A DNA stretch of 64,000 nt from Auanema rhodensis (Eukaryota > Animalia > Nematoda). Both the position numbers and the translations under genes were made by a program. The notes under the pieces are model-generated. The model was not told the DNA's origin. It was given only the letters and a program-made list of their open reading frames with translations, and did no database searches. Where the stretch lies: contig OZ059897.1 of assembly GCA_964057225.1 (NCBI GenBank), positions 3,534,001 to 3,598,000 of the forward strand, written 5' to 3'. Position 1 is the stretch's first letter, and every line of letters begins with the position of its first letter. Positions 40,501-54,700 of this stretch are shown here, one piece after another.

Positions 40501-43500
40501 AGCGTTTCTCAATGTAGTATAGTGCATTCGATGCGGATTTTTAAGCTGCGTGGATCTGTGTTATCAGATTTGAGTTAGCTTAAAAATGCACCGAGATATC
40601 AACTGATATATGTTCACACTTATATCCTCGATTTTCACCCTGAAGAAATGATTTTTTCGTTGAATAACATTGTCCATCGTATTCGTCTTGAAAAAAGGAA
40701 TCTAAAAACATCTACTTTTTGTGAAATTATTTAGAAATTTTTCGGGAAAATTTTTGTCAAAATGTTTTTGGAAGCAATGTTGAGTGTACATGGGAACTCA
40801 GCATACACTAATGCATTATTTTTCAAACGATAATAACTAATTTTTGTATAGAGCGTTTCTCAATGTAGTGTAGTGCATTCGATGCGGATTTTTAAGCTGC
40901 GTGGATCTGTGTTATCAGATTTGAGTTAGCTTAAAAATGCACCGAGATATCAACTGATATAGGTTCACACTTATATCCTCGATTTTCACCCTGAAGAAAT
41001 GATTTTTTCGTTGAAAAACATTGTCCATCGTATTCGTCTTGAAAAAAGGAATCTAAAAACATCTACTTTTTGTGAAATTATTTAGAAATTTTTCGGGAAA
41101 ATTTTTGTCAAAATGTTTTTGGAAGCAATGTTGAGTGTACATGGGAACTCAGCATACACTAATGCATTATTTTTCAAACGATAATAACTAATTTTTGTAT
41201 AGAGCGTTTCTCAATGTGGTATAGTGCATTCGATGCGGATTTTTAAGCTGCGTTGATCTGTGTTATCAGATTTGAGTTAACTTAAAAATGCACCGAGATA
41301 TCAACTGATATATGTTCACACTTATATCCTCGATTTTCACCCTGAAGAGATGATTTTTTCGTTGAATAACATTGTCCATCGTCTTTGTCTTGAGAAAAGG
41401 AATCTAAAAACATCTACTTTTTGTGAAATTATTTAGAAATTTTTCGGGAAAATTTTTGTCAAAATGTTTTTGGAAGCAATGTTGAGTGTACATGGGAACT
41501 CAACATACACTAATGCATTATTTTTCAAACGATCATAACTTATTTTTGTATAGAGCGTTTCTCAATGTAGTGTAGTGAATTCGATGCGGATTTTTAAGCT
41601 GCGTCGATCTGTGTTATCCGATTTGAGCTAGCTTGAAAATGTACCGAGATATCAACTGATATATGTTCACACTTATATCCTCGATTTTCACCCTGAAGAA
41701 ATGATTTTTTCGTTGAATAACATTGTCCATCGTCTTAGTCTTGAAAAAAGGAAACTGAAAACATCTACTTTTTGTGAAATTATTTAGAAATTTTTCGGGA
41801 AAATTTTTGTCAAAATGTTTTTGGAAGCAATATTGAGTGTACATGGGAACTCAACATACACTAATGCATTATTTTTCAAACGATCATAACTAATTTTTGT
41901 AAATAGCGTTTCTCAATGTAGTATAGTGCATTCGATGCGGATTTTTAAGCTGCGTGGATCTGTGTTATCCGATTTGAGCTAGCTTGAAAATGTACCGAGA
42001 TATCAACTGATATATGTTCACACTTATATCCTCGATTTTCACCCTGAAGAAATGATTTTTTCGTTGAATAACATTGTCCATCATCTTCGTCTTGAAAAAA
42101 AGAATCTAAAAACATCTACTTTTTGTGAAATTATTCAGAAATTTTTCGGGAAAATTTTTGTCAAAATGTTTTTGGAAGCAATGTTGAGTGTACATGGGAA
42201 CTCAACATACACTAATGCATTATTTTTCAAACGATCATAACTAATTTTTGTATAGAGCGTTTCTCAATGTAGTATAGTGCATTCGATGCGGATTTTTAAG
42301 CTGCGTTGATCTGTGTTATCAGATTTGAGTTAGCTTAAAAATGCACCGAGATATCAACTGATATATGTTCACACTTATATCCTCGATTTTCACCCTGAAG
42401 AAATGATTTTTTCGTTGAATAACATTGTCCATCGTCTTAGTCTTGAAAAAAGGAAACTGAAAACATCTACTTTTTGTGAAATTATTTAGAAATTTTTCGG
42501 GAAAATTTTTGTCAAAATGTTTTTGGAAGCAATATTGAGTGTACATGGGAACTCAACATACACTAATGCATTATTTTTCAAACGATCATAACTAATTCTT
42601 GTAAATAGCGTTTCTCAATGTAGTATAGTGCATTCGATGCGGATTTTTAAGCTGCGTGGATCTGTGTTATCAGATTTGAGTTAGCTTAAAAATGCACCGA
42701 GATATCAACTGATATAGGTTCACACTTATATCCTCGATTTTCACCCTGAAGAAATGATTTTTTCGTTGAAAAACATTGTCCATCGTATTCGTCTTGAAAA
42801 AAGGAATCTAAAAACATCTACTTTTTGTGAAATTATTTAGAAATTTTTCGGGAAAATTTTTGTCAAAATGTTTTTGGAAGCAATGTTGAGTGTACATGGA
42901 AACTCAGCATACACTAATGCATTATTTTTCAAACGATAATAACTAATTTTTGTATAGAGCGTTTCTCAATGTGGTATAGTGCATTCGATGCGGATTTTTA
43001 AGCTGCGTTGATCTGTGTTATCAGATTTGAGTTAACTTAAAAATGCACCGAGATATCAACTGATATATGTTCACACTTATATCCTCGATTTTCACCCTGA
43101 AGAGATGATTTTTTCGTTGAATAACATTGTCCATCGTCTTTGTCTTGAGAAAAGGAATCTAAAAACATCTACTTTTTGTGAAATTATTTAGAAATTTTTC
43201 GGGAAAATTTTTGTCAAAATGTTTTTGGAAGCAATGTTGAGTGTACATGGGAACTCAACATACACTAATGCATTATTTTTCAAACGATCATAACTTATTT
43301 TTGTATAGAGCGTTTCTCAATGTAGTGTAGTGCATTCGATGCGGATTTTTAAGCTGCGTCGATCTGTGTTATCAGATTTGAGTTAGCTTAAAAATGCACC
43401 GAGATATCAACTGATATATGTTCACACTTATATCCTCGATTTTCACCCTGAAGAAATGATTTTTTCGTTGAATAACATTGTCCATCGTATTCGTCTTGAA

Positions 43501-45750
43501 AAAAGGAATCTAAAAACATCTACTTTTTGTGAAATTATTTAGAAATTTTTCGGGAAAATTTTTGTCAAAATGTTTTTGGAAGCAATGTTGAGTGTACATG
43601 GGAACTCAGCATACACTAATGCATTATTTTTCAAACGATAATAACTAATTTTTGTATAGAGCGTTTCTCAATGTAGTATAGTGCATTCGATGCGGATTTT
43701 TAAGCTGCGTTGATCTGTGTTATCAGATTTGAGTTAACTTAAAAATGCACCGAGATATCAACTGATATATGTTCACACTTATATCCTCGATTTTCACCCT
43801 GAAGAGATGATTTTTTCGTTGAATAACATTGTCCATCGTCTTCGTCTTGAGAAAAGGAATCTAAAAACATCTACTTTTTGTGAAATTATTTAGAAATTTT
43901 TCGGGAAAATTTTTGTCAAAATGTTTTTGGAAGCAATGTTGAGTGTACATGGGAACTCAACATACACTAATGCATTATTTTTCAAACGATCATAACTTAT
44001 TTTTGTATAGAGCGTTTCTCAATGTAGTGTAGTGCATTCGATGCGGATTTTTAAGCTGCGTCGATCTGTGTTATCCGATTTGAGCTAGCTTGAAAATGTA
44101 CCGAGATATCAACTGATATAGGTTCACACTTATATCCTCGATTTTCACCCTGAAGAATTTATTTTTTCGTTGAATAACATTGTCCATCGTCTTCGCCTTG
44201 AAAAAAGGAATCTAAAAACATCTACTTTTTGTGAAATTATTTAGAAATTTTTCGGGAAAATTTTTGTCAAAATGTTTTTGGAAGCAATGTTGAGTGTACA
44301 TGGGAACTCAGCATACACTAATGCATTATTTTTCAAACGATAATAACTAATTTTTGTATAGAGCGTTTCTCAATGTAGTATAGTGCATTCGATGCGGATT
44401 TTTAAGCTGCGTTGATCTGTGTTATCAGATTTGAGTTAGCTTAAAAATGCACCGAGATATCAACTGATATATGTTCACACTCATATCCTCGATTATCACC
44501 CTGAAGAATTGATTTTTTCGTTGAAAAACATTGTCCATCGTATTTTTCTTGAAAAAAGGAATCTAAAAACATCTACTTTTTGTGAAATTATTTAGAAATT
44601 TTTCGGGAAAATTTTTGTCAAAATGTTTTTGGAAGCAATGTTGAGTGTACATGGGAACTCAACATACACTAATGCATTATTTTTCAAACGATCATAACTA
44701 ATTCTTGTATAGAGCGTTTCTCAATGTAGTATAGTGCATTCGATGCGGATTTTTAAGCTGCGTTGATCTGTGTTATCAGATTTGAGTTAGCTTAAAAATG
44801 CACCGAGATATCAACTGATATATGTTCACACTTATATCCTCGATTTTCACCCTGAAGAAATGATTTTTTCGTTGAATAACATTGTCCATCGTCTTCGTCT
44901 TGAAAAAAGGAATCTAAAAACATCTACTTTTTGTGAAATTATTTAGAAATTTTTCGGGAAAATTTTTGTCAAAATGTTTTTGGAAGCAATGTTGAGTGTA
45001 CATGGGAACTCAACATACACTAATGCATTATTTTTCAAACGATCATAACTAATTTTTGTATGGAGCGTTTCTCAATGTGGTATAGTGCATTCGATGCGGA
45101 TTTTTAAGCTGCGTTGATCTGTGTTATCAGATTTGAGTTCACTTAAAAATGCACCGAGATATCAACTGATATATGTTCACACTTATATCCTCGATTTTCA
45201 CCCTGAAGAGATGATTTTTTCGTTGAATAACATTGTCCATCGTCTTCGTCTTGAAAAAAGGAATCTAAAAACATCTACTTTTTGTGAAATTATTTAGAAA
45301 TTTTTCGGGAAAATTTTTGTCAAAATGTTTTTGGAAGCAATGTTGAGTGTACATGGGAACTCAACATACACTAATGCATTATTTTTCAAACGATCATAAC
45401 TTATTTTTGTATAGAGCGTTTCTCAATGTAGTGTAGTGCATTCGATGCGGATTTTTAAGCTGCGTCGATCTGTGTTATCCGATTTGAGCTAGCTTGAAAA
45501 TGTACCGAGATATCAACTGATATATGTTCACACTTATATCCTCGATTTTCACCCTGAAGAAATGATTTTTTCGTTGAATAACATTGTCCATCGTCTTAGT
45601 CTTGAAAAAAGGAAACTGAAAACATCTACTTTTTGTGAAATTATTTAGAAATTTTTCGGGAAAATTTTTGTCAAAATGTTTTTGGAAGCAATATTGAGTG
45701 TACATGGGAACTCAACATACACTAATGCATTATTTTTCAAACGATCATAA
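28200..45750 (+). repeat. 12-monomer HOR family with copy lengths of 16, 12, 9 and 11 monomers
   Basis: The marker monomer (76-aa ORF) occurs at 28627, 34243, 38455, 41614 and 45475, giving spacings of 5,616, 4,212, 3,159 and 3,861 bp. Another 4,212-bp copy spans 51091 to 55303. Private variants at 28373/33989, 29965/35581 and 30552/36168 are each 5,616 bp apart. Confidence 0.88.
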
Positions 45751-48700
45751 CTAATTTTTGTAAATAGCGTTTTTCAATGTAGTATAGTGCATTCGATGCG
45801 GATTTTTAAGCTGCGTGGATCTGTGTTATCAGATTTGAGTTAGCTTAAAAATGCACCGAGATATCAACTGATATAGGTTCACACTTATATCCTCGATTTT
45901 CACCCTGAAGAAATGATTTTTTCGTTGAAAAACATTGTCCATCGTATTCGTCTTGAAAAAAGGAATCTAAAAACATCTACTTTTTGTGAAATTATTTAGA
46001 AATTTTTCGGGAAAATTTTTGTCAAAATGTTTTTGGAAGCAATGTTGAGTTTACATGGGAACTCAACATACACTAATGCATTATTTTTCAAACGATCATA
46101 ACTAATTTTTGTATAGAGCGTTTCTCAATGTAGTATAGTGCATTCGATGCGGATTTTTAAGCTGCGTTGATCTGTGTTATCAGATTTGAGTTAACTTAAA
46201 AATGCACCGAGATATCAACTGATATATGTTCACACTTATATCCTCGATTTTCACCCTGAAGAAATGATTTTTTCGTTGAATAACATTGTCCATCGTCTTC
46301 GTCTTGAAAAAAGGAATCTAAAAACATCTACTTTTTGTGAAATTATTTAGAAATTTTTCGGGAAAATTTTTGTCAAAATGTTTTTGGAAGCAATGTTGAG
46401 TGTACATGGGAACTCAACATACACTAATGCATTATTTTTCAAACGATCATAACTAATTTTTGTATAGAGCGTTTCTCAATGTGGTATAGTGCATTCGATG
46501 CGGATTTTTAAGCTGCGTTGATCTGTGTTATCAGATTTGAGTTAACTTAAAAATGCACCGAGATATCAACTGATATATGTTCACACTTATATCCTCGATT
46601 TTCACCCTGAAGAGATGATTTTTTCGTTGAATAACATTGTCCATCGTCTTCGTCTTGAAAAAAGGAATCTAAAAACATCTACTTTTTGTGAAATTATTTA
46701 GAAATTTTTCGGGAAAATTTTTGTCAAAATGTTTTTGGAAGCAATGTTGAGTGTACATGGGAACTCAACATACACTAATGCATTATTTTTCAAACGATCA
46801 TAACTAATTTTTGTATAGAGCGTTTCTCAATGTAGTATAGTGCATTCGATGCGGATTTTTAAGCTGCGTTGATCTGTGTTATCAGATTTCAGTTAACTTA
46901 AAAATGCACCGAGATATCAACTGATATATGTTCACACTCATATCCTCGATTATCACCCTGAAGAAATGATTTTTTCGTTGAATAACATTGTCCATCGTCT
47001 TAGTCTTGAAAAAAGGAAACTGAAAACATCTACTTTTTGTGAAATTATTTAGAAATTTTTCGGGAAAATTTTTGTCAAAATGTTTTTGGAAGCAATATTG
47101 AGTGTACATGGGAACTCAACATACACTAATGCATTATTTTTCAAACGATCATAACTAATTTTTGTAAATAGCGTTTCTCAATGTAGTATAGTGCATTCGA
47201 TGCGGATTTTTAAGCTGCGTGGATCTGTGTTATCAGATTTGAGTTAGCTTAAAAATGCACCGAGATATCAACTGATATAGGTTCACACTTATATCCTCGA
47301 TTTTCACCCTGAAGAAATGATTTTTTCGTTGAAAAACATTGTCCATCGTATTCGTCTTGAAAAAAGGAATCTAAAAACATCTACTTTTTGTGAAATTATT
47401 TAGAAATTTTTCGGGAAAATTTTTGTCAAAATGTTTTTGGAAGCAATGTTGAGTTTACATGGGAACTCAACATACACTAATGCATTATTTTTCAAACGAT
47501 CATAACTAATTTTTGTATAGAGCGTTTCTCAATGTAGTATAGTGCATTCGATGCGGATTTTTAAGCTGCGTTGATCTGTGTTATCAGATTTGAGTTAACT
47601 TAAAAATGCACCGAGATATCAACTGATATATGTTCACACTTATATCCTCGATTTTCACCCTGAAGAAATGATTTTTTCGTTGAATAACATTGTCCATCGT
47701 CTTCGTCTTGAAAAAAGGAATCTAAAAACATCTACTTTTTGTGAAATTATTTAGAAATTTTTCGGGAAAATTTTTGTCAAAATGTTTTTGGAAGCAATGT
47801 TGAGTGTACATGGGAACTCAACATACACTAATGCATTATTTTTCAAACGATCATAACTAATTTTTGTATAGAGCGTTTCTCAATGTGGTATAGTGCATTC
47901 GATGCGGATTTTTAAGCTGCGTTGATCTGTGTTATCAGATTTGAGTTAACTTAAAAATGCACCGAGATATCAACTGATATATGTTCACACTTATATCCTC
48001 GATTTTCACCCTGAAGAGATGATTTTTTCGTTGAATAACATTGTCCATCGTCTTCGTCTTGAAAAAAGGAATCTAAAAACATCTACTTTTTGTGAAATTA
48101 TTTAGAAATTTTTCGGGAAAATTTTTGTCAAAATGTTTTTGGAAGCAATGTTGAGTGTACATGGGAACTCAACATACACTAATGCATTATTTTTCAAACG
48201 ATCATAACTAATTTTTGTATAGAGCGTTTCTCAATGTAGTATAGTGCATTCGATGCGGATTTTTAAGCTGCGTTGATCTGTGTTATCAGATTTGAGTTAA
48301 CTTAAAAATGCACCGAGATATCAACTGATATATGTTCACACTCATATCCTCGATTATCACCCTGAAGAATTGATTTTTTCGTTGAAAAACATTGTCCATC
48401 GTATTTTTCTTGAAAAAAGGAATCTAAAAACATCTACTTTTTGTGAAATTATTTAGAAATTTTTCGGGAAAATTTTTGTCAAAATGTTTTTGGAAGCAAT
48501 GTTGAGTGTACATGGGAACTCAACATACACTAATGCATTATTTTTCAAACGATCATAACTAATTTTTGTATAGAGCGTTTCTCAATGTAGTATAGTGCAT
48601 TCGATGCGGATTTTTAAGCTGCGTTGATCTGTGTTATCAGATTTGAGTTAGCTTAAAAATGCACCGAGATATCAACTGATATATGTTCACACTTATATCC

Positions 48701-51700
48701 TCGATTTTCACCCTGAAGAAATGATTTTTTCGTTGAATAACATTGTCCATCGTCTTAGTCTTGAAAAAAGGAAACTGAAAACATCTACTTTTTGTGAAAT
48801 TATTTAGAAATTTTTCGGGAAAATTTTTGTCAAAATGTTTTTGGAAGCAATGTTGAGTGTACATGGGAACTCAACATACACTAATGCATTATTTTTCAAA
48901 CGATCATAACTAATTCTTGTAAATAGCGTTTCTCAATGTAGTATAGTGCATTCGATGCGGATTTTTAAGCTGCGTGGATCTGTGTTATCAGATTTGAGTT
49001 AGCTTAAAAATGCACCGAGATATCAACTGATATAGGTTCACACTTATATCCTCGATTTTCACCCTGAAGAAATGATTTTTTCGTTGAAAAACATTGTCCA
49101 TCGTATTCGTCTTGAAAAAAGGAATCTAAAAACATCTACTTTTTGTGAAATTATTTAGAAATTTTTCGGGAAAATTTTTGTCAAAATGTTTTTGGAAGCA
49201 ATGTTGAGTGTACATGGGAACTCAGCATACACTAATGCATTATTTTTCAAACGATAATAACTAATTTTTGTATAGAGCGTTTCTCAATGTGGTATAGTGC
49301 ATTCGATGCGGATTTTTAAGCTGCGTTGATCTGTGTTATCAGATTTGAGTTAACTTAAAAATGCACCGAGATATCAACTGATATATGTTCACACTTATAT
49401 CCTCGATTTTCACCCTGAAGAGATGATTTTTTCGTTGAATAACATTGTCCATCGTCTTTGTCTTGAGAAAAGGAATCTAAAAACATCTACTTTTTGTGAA
49501 ATTATTTAGAAATTTTTCGGGAAAATTTTTGTCAAAATGTTTTTGGAAGCAATGTTGAGTGTACATGGGAACTCAACATACACTAATGCATTATTTTTCA
49601 AACGATCATAACTTATTTTTGTATAGAGCGTTTCTCAATGTAGTGTAGTGCATTCGATGCGGATTTTTAAGCTGCGTCGATCTGTGTTATCCGATTTGAG
49701 CTAGCTTGAAAATGTACCGAGATATCAACTGATATAGGTTCACACTTATATCCTCGATTTTCACCCTGAAGAATTTATTTTTTCGTTGAATAACATTGTC
49801 CATCGTCTTCGCCTTGAAAAAAGGAATCTAAAAACATCTACTTTTTGTGAAATTATTTAGAAATTTTTCGGGAAAATTTTTGTCAAAATGTTTTTGGAAG
49901 CAATGTTGAGTGTACATGGGAACTCAGCATACACTAATGCATTATTTTTCAAACGATAATAACTAATTTTTGTATAGAGCGTTTCTCAATGTAGTATAGT
50001 GCATTCGATGCGGATTTTTAAGCTGCGTGGATCTGTGTTATCAGATTTGAGTTAGCTTAAAAATGCACCGAGATATCAACTGATATATGTTCACACTTAT
50101 ATCCTCGATTTTCACCCTGAAGAAATGATTTTTTCGTTGAATAACATTGTCCATCGTATTCGTCTTGAAAAAAGGAATCTAAAAACATCTACTTTTTGTG
50201 AAATTATTTAGAAATTTTTCGGGAAAATTTTTGTCAAAATGTTTTTGGAAGCAATGTTGAGTGTACATGGGAACTCAGCATACACTAATGCATTATTTTT
50301 CAAACGATAATAACTAATTTTTGTATAGAGCGTTTCTCAATGTAGTGTAGTGCATTCGATGCGGATTTTTAAGCTGCGTGGATCTGTGTTATCAGATTTG
50401 AGTTAGCTTAAAAATGCACCGAGATATCAACTGATATAGGTTCACACTTATATCCTCGATTTTCACCCTGAAGAAATGATTTTTTCGTTGAAAAACATTG
50501 TCCATCGTATTCGTCTTGAAAAAAGGAATCTAAAAACATCTACTTTTTGTGAAATTATTTAGAAATTTTTCGGGAAAATTTTTGTCAAAATGTTTTTGGA
50601 AGCAATGTTGAGTGTACATGGGAACTCAGCATACACTAATGCATTATTTTTCAAACGATAATAACTAATTTTTGTATAGAGCGTTTCTCAATGTGGTATA
50701 GTGCATTCGATGCGGATTTTTAAGCTGCGTTGATCTGTGTTATCAGATTTGAGTTAACTTAAAAATGCACCGAGATATCAACTGATATATGTTCACACTT
50801 ATATCCTCGATTTTCACCCTGAAGAGATGATTTTTTCGTTGAATAACATTGTCCATCGTCTTTGTCTTGAGAAAAGGAATCTAAAAACATCTACTTTTTG
50901 TGAAATTATTTAGAAATTTTTCGGGAAAATTTTTGTCAAAATGTTTTTGGAAGCAATGTTGAGTGTACATGGGAACTCAACATACACTAATGCATTATTT
51001 TTCAAACGATCATAACTTATTTTTGTATAGAGCGTTTCTCAATGTAGTGTAGTGCATTCGATGCGGATTTTTAAGCTGCGTCGATCTGTGTTATCCGATT
51101 TGAGCTAGCTTGAAAATGTACCGAGATATCAACTGATATATGTTCACACTTATATCCTCGATTTTCACCCTGAAGAAATGATTTTTTCGTTGAATAACAT
51201 TGTCCATCGTCTTAGTCTTGAAAAAAGGAAACTGAAAACATCTACTTTTTGTGAAATTATTTAGAAATTTTTCGGGAAAATTTTTGTCAAAATGTTTTTG
51301 GAAGCAATATTGAGTGTACATGGGAACTCAACATACACTAATGCATTATTTTTCAAACGATCATAACTAATTTTTGTAAATAGCGTTTCTCAATGTAGTA
51401 TAGTGCATTCGATGCGGATTTTTAAGCTGCGTGGATCTGTGTTATCCGATTTGAGCTAGCTTGAAAATGTACCGAGATATCAACTGATATATGTTCACAC
51501 TTATATCCTCGATTTTCACCCTGAAGAAATGATTTTTTCGTTGAATAACATTGTCCATCATCTTCGTCTTGAAAAAAAGAATCTAAAAACATCTACTTTT
51601 TGTGAAATTATTCAGAAATTTTTCGGGAAAATTTTTGTCAAAATGTTTTTGGAAGCAATGTTGAGTGTACATGGGAACTCAACATACACTAATGCATTAT

Positions 51701-54700
51701 TTTTCAAACGATCATAACTAATTTTTGTATAGAGCGTTTCTCAATGTAGTATAGTGCATTCGATGCGGATTTTTAAGCTGCGTTGATCTGTGTTATCAGA
51801 TTTGAGTTAGCTTAAAAATGCACCGAGATATCAACTGATATATGTTCACACTTATATCCTCGATTTTCACCCTGAAGAAATGATTTTTTCGTTGAATAAC
51901 ATTGTCCATCGTCTTAGACTTGAAAAAAGGAAACTGAAAACATCTACTTTTTGTGAAATTATTTAGAAATTTTTCGGGAAAATTTTTGTCAAAATGTTTT
52001 TGGAAGCAATATTGAGTGTACATGGGAACTCAACATACACTAATGCATTATTTTTCAAACGATCATAACTAATTCTTGTAAATAGCGTTTCTCAATGTAG
52101 TATAGTGCATTCGATGCGGATTTTTAAGCTGCGTGGATCTGTGTTATCAGATTTGAGTTAGCTTAAAAATGCACCGAGATATCAACTGATATAGGTTCAC
52201 ACTTATATCCTCGATTTTCACCCTGAAGAAATGATTTTTTCGTTGAAAAACATTGTCCATCGTATTCGTCTTGAAAAAAGGAATCTAAAAACATCTACTT
52301 TTTGTGAAATTATTTAGAAATTTTTCGGGAAAATTTTTGTCAAAATGTTTTTGGAAGCAATGTTGAGTGTACATGGAAACTCAGCATACACTAATGCATT
52401 ATTTTTCAAACGATAATAACTAATTTTTGTATAGAGCGTTTCTCAATGTGGTATAGTGCATTCGATGCGGATTTTTAAGCTGCGTTGATCTGTGTTATCA
52501 GATTTGAGTTAACTTAAAAATGCACCGAGATATCAACTGATATATGTTCACACTTATATCCTCGATTTTCACCCTGAAGAGATGATTTTTTCGTTGAATA
52601 ACATTGTCCATCGTCTTTGTCTTGAGAAAAGGAATCTAAAAACATCTACTTTTTGTGAAATTATTTAGAAATTTTTCGGGAAAATTTTTGTCAAAATGTT
52701 TTTGGAAGCAATGTTGAGTGTACATGGGAACTCAACATACACTAATGCATTATTTTTCAAACGATCATAACTTATTTTTGTATAGAGCGTTTCTCAATGT
52801 AGTGTAGTGCATTCGATGCGGATTTTTAAGCTGCGTCGATCTGTGTTATCCGATTTGAGCTAGCTTGAAAATGTACCGAGATATCAACTGATATAGGTTC
52901 ACACTTATATCCTCGATTTTCACCCTGAAGAATTTATTTTTTCGTTGAATAACATTGTCCATCGTCTTCGCCTTGAAAAAAGGAATCTAAAAACATCTAC
53001 TTTTTGTGAAATTATTTAGAAATTTTTCGGGAAAATTTTTGTCAAAATGTTTTTGGAAGCAATGTTGAGTGTACATGGGAACTCAGCATACACTAATGCA
53101 TTATTTTTCAAACGATAATAACTAATTTTTGTATAGAGCGTTTCTCAATGTAGTATAGTGCATTCGATGCGGATTTTTAAGCTGCGTGGATCTGTGTTAT
53201 CAGATTTGAGTTAGCTTAAAAATGCACCGAGATATCAACTGATATATGTTCACACTTATATCCTCGATTTTCACCCTGAAGAAATGATTTTTTCGTTGAA
53301 TAACATTGTCCATCGTATTCGTCTTGAAAAAAGGAATCTAAAAACATCTACTTTTTGTGAAATTATTTAGAAATTTTTCGGGAAAATTTTTGTCAAAATG
53401 TTTTTGGAAGCAATGTTGAGTGTACATGGGAACTCAGCATACACTAATGCATTATTTTTCAAACGATAATAACTAATTTTTGTATAGAGCGTTTCTCAAT
53501 GTAGTATAGTGCATTCGATGCGGATTTTTAAGCTGCGTTGATCTGTGTTATCAGATTTGAGTTAACTTAAAAATGCACCGAGATATCAACTGATATATGT
53601 TCACACTTATATCCTCGATTTTCACCCTGAAGAGATGATTTTTTCGTTGAATAACATTGTCCATCGTCTTCGTCTTGAGAAAAGGAATCTAAAAACATCT
53701 ACTTTTTGTGAAATTATTTAGAAATTTTTCGGGAAAATTTTTGTCAAAATGTTTTTGGAAGCAATGTTGAGTGTACATGGGAACTCAACATACACTAATG
53801 CATTATTTTTCAAACGATCATAACTTATTTTTGTATAGAGCGTTTCTCAATGTAGTGTAGTGCATTCGATGCGGATTTTTAAGCTGCGTCGATCTGTGTT
53901 ATCCGATTTGAGCTAGCTTGAAAATGTACCGAGATATCAACTGATATAGGTTCACACTTATATCCTCGATTTTCACCCTGAAGAATTTATTTTTTCGTTG
54001 AATAACATTGTCCATCGTCTTCGCCTTGAAAAAAGGAATCTAAAAACATCTACTTTTTGTGAAATTATTTAGAAATTTTTCGGGAAAATTTTTGTCAAAA
54101 TGTTTTTGGAAGCAATGTTGAGTGTACATGGGAACTCAGCATACACTAATGCATTATTTTTCAAACGATAATAACTAATTTTTGTATAGAGCGTTTCTCA
54201 ATGTAGTATAGTGCATTCGATGCGGATTTTTAAGCTGCGTTGATCTGTGTTATCAGATTTGAGTTAGCTTAAAAATGCACCGAGATATCAACTGATATAT
54301 GTTCACACTCATATCCTCGATTATCACCCTGAAGAATTGATTTTTTCGTTGAAAAACATTGTCCATCGTATTTTTCTTGAAAAAAGGAATCTAAAAACAT
54401 CTACTTTTTGTGAAATTATTTAGAAATTTTTCGGGAAAATTTTTGTCAAAATGTTTTTGGAAGCAATGTTGAGTGTACATGGGAACTCAACATACACTAA
54501 TGCATTATTTTTCAAACGATCATAACTAATTCTTGTATAGAGCGTTTCTCAATGTAGTATAGTGCATTCGATGCGGATTTTTAAGCTGCGTTGATCTGTG
54601 TTATCAGATTTGAGTTAGCTTAAAAATGCACCGAGATATCAACTGATATATGTTCACACTTATATCCTCGATTTTCACCCTGAAGAAATGATTTTTTCGT

